A stretch of DNA of 64,000 nucleotides from Pseudomonadales bacterium (GTDB taxonomy: Bacteria; Pseudomonadota; Gammaproteobacteria; Pseudomonadales; JANQJO01): assembly GCA_028281605.1 (NCBI GenBank), contig JANQJO010000022.1, forward strand, positions 5,590 through 69,589, in the 5' to 3' direction. The stretch's first letter is position 1, and each line of letters opens with the position of its first letter. The notes beneath the pieces were generated by a model. It did not search any database, had not been told where the DNA came from, and worked only from the letters and a program-made list of their open reading frames with translations. Positions 34,780 through 44,404 of this stretch are shown piece after piece. A program made the position numbers and the translations under genes.

Positions 34780-35640
34780 ATGCAAGCACACTGTATTGTA
34801 AATGCTATAGCTCTATGGCTATTTCTTTGGGTAACTTACGTTGTTGCAGAGGATCAGCATGATTTTGATCGTTGGGTCCGTTTTGATGTGCCTTTTGTGC
34901 AAGGTGCTTTAGTGACGGGTACGGTGACAAATCCAAAGGTGCGTTTACATTTGCAAGAGAAAGTGCTCAAGTTGGCTAAAGGTAAGTATTTTGTGTTTGG
35001 TTTAGGGCGTGATGCGGGTGATCGTCTTGATTTACAGTTAATCACTCCTCAAGGAAAAACGATAAAAAAAACAGTAGCTGTTAAACCGCGTACGTATAAG
35101 ATCCAGAGAATCAATGGTATTGCGAAAAAATTTATGTCGCCTGATGCGGCACAGTTAAAGCGTATTAGAGCCGAAGCCTTACAGGTGAGAAAGGCAAGGT
35201 CAAAGGAAATACTAAAGCCCTATTTTTTGGAGAAGTTTAAGTGGCCTATTGTGGGAACGATTACAGGAGTCTATGGGAGTCAGCGCATTTTTAATGGTGA
35301 GCCTAGAAGGCCGCATTTTGGTGTTGATATTGCAGCTCCTAAAGGCACCGTGGTTAGGGCGCCAACTTCGGGTATTGTCACTTTGGTGCATCATGATATG
35401 TTTTATTCGGGTGGTACTGTCATTTTAGATCATGGTTTTGGAGTTTCATCTACTTTTTTGCATATGTACAAAATATCGGTGCACGAAGGAGATCATTTGT
35501 CTCAAGGAGATGAGATAGGACAAGTTGGGTCAACAGGTCGCTCAACAGGGGCGCATTTGGATTGGCGCATCAATTGGCTTCAAGAGAGATTAGATCCTGC
35601 TATGGTGGCAGGGCCGATGCCAGAGAAACTTTTTTATTGA
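34780..35640 (+). CDS. M23-family (LytM-type) peptidoglycan metallo-endopeptidase
   Basis: Signal-like N-terminus MQAHCIVNAIALWLFLWVTYVVA. Contains PHFGVDIAAPKGTVVRAP and GSTGRSTGAHLDW. The ORF-track start at 34597 lies inside sufT and was rejected. Confidence 0.85.
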   Translation: MQAHCIVNAIALWLFLWVTYVVAEDQHDFDRWVRFDVPFVQGALVTGTVTNPKVRLHLQEKVLKLAKGKYFVFGLGRDAGDRLDLQLITPQGKTIKKTVAVKPRTYKIQRINGIAKKFMSPDAAQLKRIRAEALQVRKARSKEILKPYFLEKFKWPIVGTITGVYGSQRIFNGEPRRPHFGVDIAAPKGTVVRAPTSGIVTLVHHDMFYSGGTVILDHGFGVSSTFLHMYKISVHEGDHLSQGDEIGQVGSTGRSTGAHLDWRINWLQERLDPAMVAGPMPEKLFY

Positions 35641-35710
35641 ACAGTTTAAAAAACAAATCACTATAGCAAAACCCATAAAGATTAGATATATAACTACAAT
35701 TTTTAGACTT

Positions 35711-35738
35711 TTCGGCTGAGCCGAACGATATCTTTTTA
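35711..35738 (+). terminator. Possible intrinsic terminator after the M23 gene
   Basis: TTCGGC-TGA-GCCGAA hairpin followed by CGATATCTTTTT. The stem is short. Confidence 0.3.
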
Positions 35739-35772
35739 CCCTCATTATCAGTCCAAACTCAAGTAAAAAGTA

Positions 35773-36648
35773 TCAAGTCACTTTGCAGTTTTTAAGTCTA
35801 GCGAGTAAGCTCGATGTATCCCAATGCCCACCTCCCATGTGTTGCACTTCTGCATAAAATTGGTCGATTAGCGCTGTTCCTGGCAACAATGCACCGTTTT
35901 TACGAGCCTCGCTCAAGCAAATATTTAAATCTTTGCGCATCAAATCTACAGTAAAGCCATGTTCGTATTCTCCTGCAATCATACTGGAGTGGCGATTTTC
36001 CATTTGCCAAGATTGTGCTGCGCCTTTAACTATAGCTTCTATTGCGGTCTTAGGGTCCAAGCCTGCTTGCTCTGCGAAATATAAACCCTCGGCCAGGCCC
36101 TGTAAAACACCTGCAATACAGATTTGATTGACCATTTTAGTCAGTTGGCCATGACCAATAGGTCCCATGTGCTTGACGGCTTTTGCGTAACAGAGCAGAA
36201 AGGGATAAGCTCGCTCAAAAGAAGCTGCATCACCACCGCACATGATTGTCAATTGACCAGTTTGAGCGCCTTGTTGACCTCCTGAGACGGGTGCGTCTAT
36301 GAACTGTACTTGTTGCTGGATGCAAAGGGTGTGCATATTGCGAGCCAGTGTAGCAGAGGTGGTTGTATGGTCGATAATTAGGCTGCCAGGCTTTATGGAG
36401 CATAATAAACCTTCGGCTTCGGTCAGTACACTGTGAACGTCCTGATCATTGCCGATGCATAATATGATAATAGAGCAGTGCTTGGCCAGCTCTGTGATAG
36501 AGCTGGCGATATGACCAGAGTAACATTGCTGCCATTCATGACTTTTTTTTGTACTGCGGTTATAAACCCATAGAATATGGTTATTATTTGCTAAGTGGCC
36601 AGCCATGGCCCCCCCCATTGTGCCTAAGCCAATAAAACCAATGTTCAT
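35773..36648 (-). CDS. NAD(P)-dependent beta-hydroxyacid dehydrogenase (3-hydroxyisobutyrate / tartronate-semialdehyde reductase family)
   Basis: Rossmann motif MNIGFIGLGTMGGAMAGHL. 291 aa with family-typical FIDAPVSGG and GxGQxxKxxNQ blocks. Confidence 0.8.
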   Translation of the reverse strand: MNIGFIGLGTMGGAMAGHLANNNHILWVYNRSTKKSHEWQQCYSGHIASSITELAKHCSIIILCIGNDQDVHSVLTEAEGLLCSIKPGSLIIDHTTTSATLARNMHTLCIQQQVQFIDAPVSGGQQGAQTGQLTIMCGGDAASFERAYPFLLCYAKAVKHMGPIGHGQLTKMVNQICIAGVLQGLAEGLYFAEQAGLDPKTAIEAIVKGAAQSWQMENRHSSMIAGEYEHGFTVDLMRKDLNICLSEARKNGALLPGTALIDQFYAEVQHMGGGHWDTSSLLARLKNCKVT

Positions 36649-36782
36649 GTTAGTGTTTCACCTAAATCTTGCACAAGTGATGTTCATGTATTTTCAGTAA
36701 GGCATTGAAATATATAATGGATTTAGACTTTCATACAATGCTTAGCTCATGAAGTAACTTTGATTAAATTGTGCCTTCAGCC

Positions 36783-38072
36783 CTAACGCTGCTCAATGGG
36801 TTTGTAGTCGCGTTGAACAGGGCCTGTATAGAGTTGTCTAGGCCGACCAATACGGTATGAACCACTTAACATTTCACGCCAGTGGCTGATCCAGCCCACT
36901 GTACGTGATAAGGCAAAAATAACGGTGAACATACTGGTTGGAATACCTAAGGCTTTTAGAATAATCCCAGAATAGAAATCTACATTTGGATAAAGTTTTC
37001 TTTCTACAAAATACTCGTCTTCGCGGGCAATTTGCTCAAGTTTAAGTGCAAGCTTAAAAATAGGGTCATTTTCATAGCCTAATTCTTGCAAAACTTCATA
37101 GCAACTTTCACGCATGACAGTCGCTCGAGGGTCATAGTTTTTATACACTCTATGACCAAATCCCATCAAGCGAAATGGGTCGTTTTTATCTTTGGCACGT
37201 TTAATAAAGGTGTCTACTTTAGAAACGTTGCCCATTTCGTTGAGCATATTGAGTACGGCTTCGTTTGCGCCTCCATGTGCAGGGCCCCATAAGGCGGCGA
37301 TACCAGCTGCAATACATGCAAAAGGGTTGGCACCGGATGAACCAGCTAAACGTACAGTTGATGTTGATGCATTTTGCTCGTGATCAGCATGTAGAATAAA
37401 AATTCGATCCATGGCTTTGGCCAAGACAGAGTTGACAGGTTTGTTAGCTTCGGCGGGTATACCGAACATCATATGCAGAAAATTTTCAGCATAGCTCAAG
37501 TGGTTTTGTGGGTACATGAAAGCTTGGCCAATAGAATATTTATAGCACATAGCTGCTAAAGTAGGCATTTTAGCGATTAATCTAAAGGCTGCTGTTTCTC
37601 TATGTTGTTCATTTGTGATGTCTAATGAGTCGTGATAAAAAGAAGATAAGGCACCTACAACACCACACATAATGGCCATAGGGTGTGCATCACGACGGAA
37701 GCCATTAAAAAATAGCAGCATCTGTTCATGCACCATGGTGTGGTTCTTTATGGTTTGTTCAAATCTAGACTTTTGTACTGCGTTGGGTAATTCACCGTAG
37801 TACAGTAAGTAGCAGGTCTCAAGGTAGTCAGAGTGCTTGGCCAGTTGTTCAATAGGGTAACCTTGGTGTAATAGAGTGCCTTTTTCACCATCGATAAAGG
37901 TAATTTTGGATTCGCATGAGGCGGTTGAGACGAAACCAGGGTCATAGGTAAAAATGCCTTTAGCAGCCAGGGCTCTGACGTCGATAACGTTAGGGCCTAA
38001 ACTACCTTCTTGGATAGGAAGTTCTAAGGTTTCTTGTGATGGTAATTTGAGCTGTGCTGAATTGTCAGACAT
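36783..38072 (-). CDS. gltA: Citrate synthase (type II, hexameric class)
   Basis: 429 aa with catalytic-region motifs [16 protein letters not shown] and [15 protein letters not shown]. Divergent from sdhC, as in many gammaproteobacteria. Confidence 0.95.
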   Translation of the reverse strand: MSDNSAQLKLPSQETLELPIQEGSLGPNVIDVRALAAKGIFTYDPGFVSTASCESKITFIDGEKGTLLHQGYPIEQLAKHSDYLETCYLLYYGELPNAVQKSRFEQTIKNHTMVHEQMLLFFNGFRRDAHPMAIMCGVVGALSSFYHDSLDITNEQHRETAAFRLIAKMPTLAAMCYKYSIGQAFMYPQNHLSYAENFLHMMFGIPAEANKPVNSVLAKAMDRIFILHADHEQNASTSTVRLAGSSGANPFACIAAGIAALWGPAHGGANEAVLNMLNEMGNVSKVDTFIKRAKDKNDPFRLMGFGHRVYKNYDPRATVMRESCYEVLQELGYENDPIFKLALKLEQIAREDEYFVERKLYPNVDFYSGIILKALGIPTSMFTVIFALSRTVGWISHWREMLSGSYRIGRPRQLYTGPVQRDYKPIEQR

Positions 38073-38423
38073 ATTGATCTCCGGTTGGCTACTTGTATCG
38101 TGGCGACTCAGTGAGAAACGTTGCCCAAAACTAAAGACTTAAAAAAGATTTGTCAAACCCTTTCCAATGAATATTACTATAGTAAGACAAGTGAATTTTA
38201 GCTTATTTGAATTAATCAACCAGATGATTTTGGAAAATTCTGTTGTAAAATTCTTGCATTGCAAGCAAGGTTTGTTAGGCTTATGCGGCTAAATTTCATG
38301 ATCAGTGCGCCGACTGGCAGTTTGAGAAATGACCAATATGGATGGAATTAAGGCTATTTGTGTGTGCTGCGTTAGGCAGATTACAGAGTAACATAGAGTA
38401 AATGGCATTAATTAGAGGTATCA

Positions 38424-38819
38424 ATGATGGGACAGACGCGAGAAAGACGCCCAACTAATATAGATATGGGGAGCTTGTTTGCTTACCAGTTTCCTTTACC
38501 AGCTGTGACTTCAATTTTACATCGGATTTCGGGACTCATTGTGTTCTTAATGATTCCATTATTATTGTGGATACTTGATCAATCTTTATCCTCTCTTGAT
38601 TCTTTCGAGCAGTTACAAGAGTGTATGAGTGGTTTTGTGGCAAAATTTATTCTTTGGGGTACGTTATCGGCTCTATTTTATCATTTAATTGCAGGGGTTA
38701 AGCATTTAATTATGGACATGGGTATTGGTGAGGACTTGTCTGGAGCCAGAGTAGGCGCGTGGATCGTTCTGGTTTTATCCATTTTCACAGCTTTACTTTT
38801 AGGAGCATGGCTATGGTAA
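38424..38819 (+). CDS. sdhC: Succinate dehydrogenase cytochrome b556 subunit
   Basis: RRPTNIDM...FPLPAVTSILHRISG and the later YHLIAGVKHLIMD parallel E. coli SdhC. The start may be one or a few codons downstream. Confidence 0.88.
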   Translation: MMGQTRERRPTNIDMGSLFAYQFPLPAVTSILHRISGLIVFLMIPLLLWILDQSLSSLDSFEQLQECMSGFVAKFILWGTLSALFYHLIAGVKHLIMDMGIGEDLSGARVGAWIVLVLSIFTALLLGAWLW

Positions 38820-39160
38820 CCAATGTGACCAGCTTGGGTCGTAGTGGCCTTTACGATTGGATGATTCAGAGAGCAACTGCAGTTGTGGTCGGAGTTTATG
38901 TTTGTGTGATCGTTGGTTTTCTGTTACAGCATCCGGATCTTTCGTATGAACAATGGAAGGCGTTTATGACCACCACAGCTATGCGTATTTTTAGTGTGTT
39001 ATCGTTTATTGCTGTTGTTGCACACGTTTGGGTGGGGCTGTGGACTATTTCGACCGATTATATCAAGCCCATGTGGTTACGCTTGAGTTTTCAAGGGTTT
39101 TGTGCTGTGGCTCTTTTCATGTGCTTTGTCTGGGCCGTATTGATCTTGTGGGGGGTGTAG
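38807..39160 (+). CDS. sdhD: Succinate dehydrogenase hydrophobic anchor subunit
   Basis: MAMVTNVTSLGRSGLYDWMIQRATAVV with three TM segments. It overlaps the sdhC stop. The ORF-track start at 38759 was rejected as an in-gene extension. Confidence 0.85.
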   Translation: MAMVTNVTSLGRSGLYDWMIQRATAVVVGVYVCVIVGFLLQHPDLSYEQWKAFMTTTAMRIFSVLSFIAVVAHVWVGLWTISTDYIKPMWLRLSFQGFCAVALFMCFVWAVLILWGV

Positions 39161-39163
39161 AGC

Positions 39164-40936
39164 ATGCCTAAAGTACGATCATTGACGTTTGATGCCGTTA
39201 TTGTAGGTGGGGGTGGTGCAGGTATGCGTGCTTCTTTGCAATTGGCGCAATCGGGCCAAAAGACTGCGTTGATTTCTAAAGTCTTTCCTACGCGCTCTCA
39301 TACTGTTTCTGCACAAGGAGGTATTACATGTGCTATTGCCAGTGATGACCCCAATGATGATTGGCGTTGGCACATGTACGATACAGTCAAGGGCTCTGAT
39401 TATATTGGTGATCAAGATGCTATTGAATACATGTGCAGTGTGGGTCCTGAAACTGTCTTTGAGCTCGAGCATATGGGTTTGCCGTTTTCTCGTACAGAGT
39501 CTGGTCGTATTTATCAGCGACCTTTTGGTGGCCAATCGAAAGATTTTGGTCGGGGAGGACAAGCCGCGAGGACTTGTGCTGCGGCAGATCGAACGGGGCA
39601 TGCATTATTGCATGCTTTGTATCAGCAGAACCTTAAACACAATACCACTTTTTTGAATGAATGGTACGCAATTGATTTGATTAAAAATCAGGATAATGCA
39701 ATTGTGGGCGTGATTGCAATGGACATCGAATCAGGGGATGTGGTTGCGATTCACTGTAAGGCTGTCGTGCTGGCTACAGGGGGCGCTGGCCGTATTTATT
39801 CTTCCACTACCAATGCTTTGATTAATACAGGTGATGGTGTAGGCATGGCGTTGCGGGCTGGCTTTCCAGTACAAGACATCGAAATGTGGCAGTTTCATCC
39901 CACAGGGATTGCTGGTGCAGGTGTTTTGGTCACGGAGGGGTGTCGTGGTGAGGGTGGCTATTTAATTAATAAAGATGGCGAGCGTTTTATGGAACGCTAT
40001 GCTCCGAACGCAAAAGATTTGGCCGGGCGGGATGTTGTTGCTCGTTCGATGATGATGGAGATTTTAGAGGGCAGAGGCTGTGGTCCTGCGGGCGATCATG
40101 TTCACTTAAAATTAGACCATTTGGGCGAGGAAGTTTTAAATAAGCGTTTGCCGGGGATTTGTGAGTTGTCTAAGACTTTTGCGGCTGTTGATCCTGTTTA
40201 CAAACCGATTCCGGTGGTGCCTACTTGTCATTATATGATGGGTGGGATTCCGACTAATATTAATGGGCAAGCTATTACGCAGGATGGTCAAGGTAATGAT
40301 AAAATTGTAGAGGGGCTGTTTGCCGTGGGCGAAGTGGCTTGTGTGTCGGTGCATGGAGCCAATCGTTTGGGTGGTAACTCTTTATTGGACTTAGTGGTTT
40401 TTGGTCGGGCGGCTGGTTTGTATTTAGAGAGCGCACTAAAGTCCGGAGTAGAATATCGTAGGGCATCAGAAACGGACATAGACGCGGCTCTGGAGCGTTT
40501 GGAGAAGCTCAATGCCAGTAGTGCAGGAGAAGATGTTGCTTCTGTGCGTAAAGAGTTGCAAGAGACCATGCAGAAGCACTTTGGGGTGTTTCGTAAAGGT
40601 GAGTTAATGCAACAAGGGGTAGCTTTGGTGACCTCTATTCGAGAAAAGACTTCTCAGCTTTATTTAAAAGATAAGAGTAAGGCATTTAATACAGCGCGTA
40701 TTGAAGCGTTGGAGTTACAAAATTTGTTGGAAGTGGCTGAGGCGACTGCGATTGCGGCTGAACAACGTACTGAGAGTAGGGGAGCGCATTCGCGCTATGA
40801 TTACCCTGAGCGGGATGATGAAAATTGGCTGGTACATTCATTGTTTTTCCCGGGTACGAGTCAATTAAAAAAACGAGCTGTGAATTTTAGTCCTAAGGCT
40901 GTACAAACCTTTGAACCGAAGGTTAGGACTTATTAG
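39164..40936 (+). CDS. sdhA: Succinate dehydrogenase flavoprotein subunit
   Basis: FAD-binding [14 protein letters not shown], the covalent-FAD His region [11 protein letters not shown], and the active-site region HPTG...EGCRGEGG. Confidence 0.96.
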   Translation: MPKVRSLTFDAVIVGGGGAGMRASLQLAQSGQKTALISKVFPTRSHTVSAQGGITCAIASDDPNDDWRWHMYDTVKGSDYIGDQDAIEYMCSVGPETVFELEHMGLPFSRTESGRIYQRPFGGQSKDFGRGGQAARTCAAADRTGHALLHALYQQNLKHNTTFLNEWYAIDLIKNQDNAIVGVIAMDIESGDVVAIHCKAVVLATGGAGRIYSSTTNALINTGDGVGMALRAGFPVQDIEMWQFHPTGIAGAGVLVTEGCRGEGGYLINKDGERFMERYAPNAKDLAGRDVVARSMMMEILEGRGCGPAGDHVHLKLDHLGEEVLNKRLPGICELSKTFAAVDPVYKPIPVVPTCHYMMGGIPTNINGQAITQDGQGNDKIVEGLFAVGEVACVSVHGANRLGGNSLLDLVVFGRAAGLYLESALKSGVEYRRASETDIDAALERLEKLNASSAGEDVASVRKELQETMQKHFGVFRKGELMQQGVALVTSIREKTSQLYLKDKSKAFNTARIEALELQNLLEVAEATAIAAEQRTESRGAHSRYDYPERDDENWLVHSLFFPGTSQLKKRAVNFSPKAVQTFEPKVRTY

Positions 40937-40975
40937 ATGTGCCCTGTATTTTTCTAGAAGTGATGAGGAATTTTT

Positions 40976-41689
40976 ATGCTACAAGTTAAAGTTTACCGTT
41001 ACGATCCAGAGGCAGGCAAAGGTGCAAAGCCTTATTTTAAGATCTATGAGGTAGATACACAGGGTAAAGACTTGATGGTGCTTGAAGTCTTGAATTTAGT
41101 GAAAGAACAAGATGAAACTTTGGCTTATCGCCGCTCTTGCCGTGAAGGAGTGTGTGGCTCGGACGGTATGAATATGAACGGCAAAAATGGCTTGGCTTGT
41201 GTAACGGCGCTGTCGGAGGTGCTTAAGTCTGGAGAAGTATTGGTGTTAAGACCTTTGCCAGGTTTGCCTGTTGTGCGTGATTTGGTTGTAGACATGACAC
41301 CTTTTTACAAGCAATATGAAAAGGTCAAACCTTATTTGATTAATGATGACCCTGCCCCCGCGATAGAGCGTTTGCAGAGCCCTGAAGACCGAGATAAGCT
41401 GGATGGCTTGTATGAATGTATTTTGTGTGCGTGTTGCTCGACGTCTTGCCCTTCTTTTTGGTGGAATCCGGACAAGTTTGTGGGTCCTGCAGGTTTGTTG
41501 CAAGCTTATCGGTTTTTAGCGGACAGTAGAGATCAAGCTACTGATGAACGTTTGTCAGATTTAGAAGATCCTTTTAGTGTGTTCCGTTGCCGAGGTATTA
41601 TGAACTGTGTGAATGTATGCCCGAAGGGCTTAAATCCGACTAAGGCGATTGGTCATATTCGTACAATGTTGTTATCTCGTGCCAGTTGA
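40976..41689 (+). CDS. sdhB: Succinate dehydrogenase iron-sulfur subunit
   Basis: Cys clusters CREGVCGSDGMNMNGKNGLAC, CILCACCSTSCP and CRGIMNCVNVCP. Confidence 0.95.
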   Translation: MLQVKVYRYDPEAGKGAKPYFKIYEVDTQGKDLMVLEVLNLVKEQDETLAYRRSCREGVCGSDGMNMNGKNGLACVTALSEVLKSGEVLVLRPLPGLPVVRDLVVDMTPFYKQYEKVKPYLINDDPAPAIERLQSPEDRDKLDGLYECILCACCSTSCPSFWWNPDKFVGPAGLLQAYRFLADSRDQATDERLSDLEDPFSVFRCRGIMNCVNVCPKGLNPTKAIGHIRTMLLSRAS

Positions 41690-41758
41690 GTTAGTGAAAG
41701 TGTTTTGTGCTTATGAATTTAATTGATTAATTAGCTGGTTATTTTCTGCGATTAGTTT

Positions 41759-41859
41759 AGGAATGGTCACGAAATCACTTTAACATTTTCCGCTGCTGAA
41801 CTCGCTTCGCTCAAACATGCATCCGCTCTAAATGTTAAAGTGATTTCGTGACCATTCCT
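41759..41859. repeat. 101-bp palindromic element with a perfect 30-bp inverted repeat around a 41-nt conserved core
   Basis: AGGAATGGTCACGAAATCACTTTAACATTT at 41759-41788 pairs perfectly with 41830-41859. The core 41789-41829 is the reverse complement (37/41) of 29902-29942. The termini resemble those of the 56806-56960 element. Confidence 0.85.
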
Positions 41860-42296
41860 TATCGTTTGGTTCCGGCTGGTTACGCTGGTGAGGTATTTGT
41901 GGACTTGGGGGTTTATACCCATAGCGGTTGGGTTTTATAGATCTTAAGGTTTATATTCTATTGTGTATCTTTTTGTTATGCTGTGTGAATGGGGTCGTAT
42001 GGAATATTGCTAAATGTCAGTTTGCCTGGTAATGGTTTAGGTTGAGTTTTATGGTTGTAGGGTGTACTGCTCGTTTGTCAACAAGCTTGTTAACCTTTGC
42101 TAAAGGTGTTTGTTCAACCTTGAGAAGTGTTAAAAATAAGGTGAGAGGAGGGGGAGATGCTCCATTAAGAGGTTCGACCACAGGCTGTATAGATCTTAGA
42201 AGTCTTGCGGCTAGTTTAACCCTTAAGAAGGCCAAAGATCACGCTGTATGTAAAAAGTATCCAGAGCATACCTCAGATACTTTGCCTGTGTCAATA

Positions 42297-44381
42297 ATGA
42301 CTATTAAAAAAGGCTGTTGTGATGGCGTTGCTCCAGTTTGGATTGCAGTGTATATGCAAATTCTGCTTTATCACTTCAAGTGTGGTACTTTGAATGAACT
42401 TGTCTCTCAGAGTGATCCGAAATTATTTGACCAAAAAGATTTGGATCAAATCATGCAGCTTGTGGTATTTCCTGATTCGTCCGAATTGTATGGATCGATA
42501 GGTTTTGTGGTCAGTAGGATGAGGTTAATTTGTAATGCTTTGCTTTTAGAACAGGAAGCTTCTAATGGAGTCTGGAGAAAAAATAAAAATGTTAAAAAGG
42601 AATTCGATTTTAAAAATGCAACTTATGAACAAATAAAGATTGTGTTAAAGCATTTCTGTGTGGACTTAAGTGAGTATAAAGAATTAGAAACGCTTTCAAG
42701 TTTTGAGTTAGTTAAAAAAGAGAAAGGGTTTTCAAATACATTATCTCTTCGTCGTGGTAATTTTGATCCTGATCAATATAATTTGGCTATAACTGACGAA
42801 ATATTAGATGATAGGAATCCTGATTTTGTGCTTAGAGGGTCGAATGTAGCTATATCTGGAGAGCCAAATACAGTAAAAATATATCGAAAAGCAAGTGGTG
42901 ATTTTGTTGCTTTTACGTTTGATGTTACAGGAAAAGTATTTTTCAAGCAAGATCTTGCTCGAGGCTTGTTTGAGAATAATCCTATACTTTTTAATAGATT
43001 GAATAACGGTGGAAATTATCTACGCCTACATGAAGAAAGAGAAATAAGAGACATAGTGATTAGAGAATTAAAGTATACCCTGTATTCGGAATCGTTCTGT
43101 GAAAAATTCGAGGAAGTGACGAAGCCTACTATTGTGTGCACTTATGATAAAGATAGCGGTGATAGTGTTTATTCGATTATTGATTCGGATGTGGGTGCAG
43201 TAATGGATCATATTCCTTTTTTTGAAAATTTAACACATCGAAAACTTGTTGAGGCGTTTGCAAGTGGTACGACTGTAGGTATTCAAATCGATGCCTGCTT
43301 TGATGGTGAAAAATCAGAGGGGGTGAATAAATTAAAAGCTGTGTTAAAAAGCTCAGTTGGGAACGTAATTGATGCTATTCAACCTAAGTTATCAGACGAA
43401 GACAGTAGAGCTTTTAGATCCCTGTTCTCTCAGAATAATGATGCTTTTGATGTTGAAGCAACGCTGTTATGGGAAGCTCTTGAAGAAGCCGAAAAAGAAT
43501 TCGGTAAAGAAAATTTACTTTTTTTCTTGATGGGTTACTTCGGTGCTGTGACTGAGGAATTTTATGGTGGTGCTGAATTAATAGTAAATGCAGAAGGGGT
43601 AGCTCCAGATGTTGAGTTATTTCCGGTCGCAAATAATAGGGTAAAAAATGATACTTTACGTTTTGTAGTCTATTCAGGGTGTCTTGATGATTTTTTTCGA
43701 AAAATACATAGTGCTCCTGCAATAAAAGAGGCTTTAAAACATGATAGGAGGGCTCTAGCTGTTTATAACGCTTTGTTGACAATGACAAATGTTTCACGTG
43801 ATTATCATAGGTTGTGCGGTGAATATAAGCAAGCTGAATTTGAACTCAGGGAGGCTATACGTAGTCAAAACAAAGAGGCTGAAGCTAGAGCTAAAGAGAA
43901 GCGGTTGAAAGATGCTAAAACAATGCTTGAAGGCAAGCTCAAACTTGCTCAACTAAGATTAGGCGATGTTAGAAACGAAGCTTTTAATAGTCCTGCAGAT
44001 TTTTTAAATGAATTAAGAAGGATTTATGAGGCGAGTGATACTGGTCTAGAGCAATGTATCCCATCAGTTAAAAAACTTACTCCTAATGTGTTGAATGAGG
44101 GATTTAGCCGTTGGTTTTTCGCCAATAAAACTCTTGATAAGGATTACGAGAAACTTGTTATAGAAGTAGATAGAGGTCCTTCTGGTACAGATAGAGGTTT
44201 GGTGACAGGGAATAGAGAGGGGGTTGTTGAATTTGAATATAATAACCCTGTCAGTAATCGCAAAGAAAATTTGAAATACAAAATTGTTTCTGAGCAGAGT
44301 AGGGATGGAAAAATTATATCTTATAAGACTAATAAAAGAGAGCCGCAGGAATCTGAGATTTTATTTTTGGAGCGCGTATGA
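42297..44381 (+). CDS. Large orphan hypothetical protein (695 aa from the first ATG), AT-rich, with a C-terminal coiled-coil segment
   Basis: Long ORF. I found no P-loop, HExxH, signal peptide or TM segment. A charged helical stretch reads EFELREAIRSQNKEAEARAKEKRLKDAKTMLEGKLKLAQLRL. The ORF-track start at 42042 is non-ATG and adds 85 doubtful residues, so the start is uncertain. Confidence 0.6.
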   Translation: MTIKKGCCDGVAPVWIAVYMQILLYHFKCGTLNELVSQSDPKLFDQKDLDQIMQLVVFPDSSELYGSIGFVVSRMRLICNALLLEQEASNGVWRKNKNVKKEFDFKNATYEQIKIVLKHFCVDLSEYKELETLSSFELVKKEKGFSNTLSLRRGNFDPDQYNLAITDEILDDRNPDFVLRGSNVAISGEPNTVKIYRKASGDFVAFTFDVTGKVFFKQDLARGLFENNPILFNRLNNGGNYLRLHEEREIRDIVIRELKYTLYSESFCEKFEEVTKPTIVCTYDKDSGDSVYSIIDSDVGAVMDHIPFFENLTHRKLVEAFASGTTVGIQIDACFDGEKSEGVNKLKAVLKSSVGNVIDAIQPKLSDEDSRAFRSLFSQNNDAFDVEATLLWEALEEAEKEFGKENLLFFLMGYFGAVTEEFYGGAELIVNAEGVAPDVELFPVANNRVKNDTLRFVVYSGCLDDFFRKIHSAPAIKEALKHDRRALAVYNALLTMTNVSRDYHRLCGEYKQAEFELREAIRSQNKEAEARAKEKRLKDAKTMLEGKLKLAQLRLGDVRNEAFNSPADFLNELRRIYEASDTGLEQCIPSVKKLTPNVLNEGFSRWFFANKTLDKDYEKLVIEVDRGPSGTDRGLVTGNREGVVEFEYNNPVSNRKENLKYKIVSEQSRDGKIISYKTNKREPQESEILFLERV

Positions 44382-44404
44382 TTTTAGTTGTAAACCTGGT
44401 GCGG

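Noticed and set aside
39179-40569. Several minus- and plus-strand ORFs inside sdhA (for example 39179-39601 and 40288-40569).
   Set aside because: They are embedded in the unambiguous sdhA frame and have Arg-, Thr- and Pro-rich translations typical of antisense frames.
42042-42296. The 85-residue N-terminal extension of the orphan ORF (ORF-track start at 42042, 779 aa).
   Set aside because: It begins at a non-ATG codon in G+T-rich DNA whose composition differs from the gene body, has an odd basic, Cys- and Gly-rich sequence, and contains an out-of-frame SD+ATG. The first ATG at 42297 is more conservative, though the true start is unresolved.
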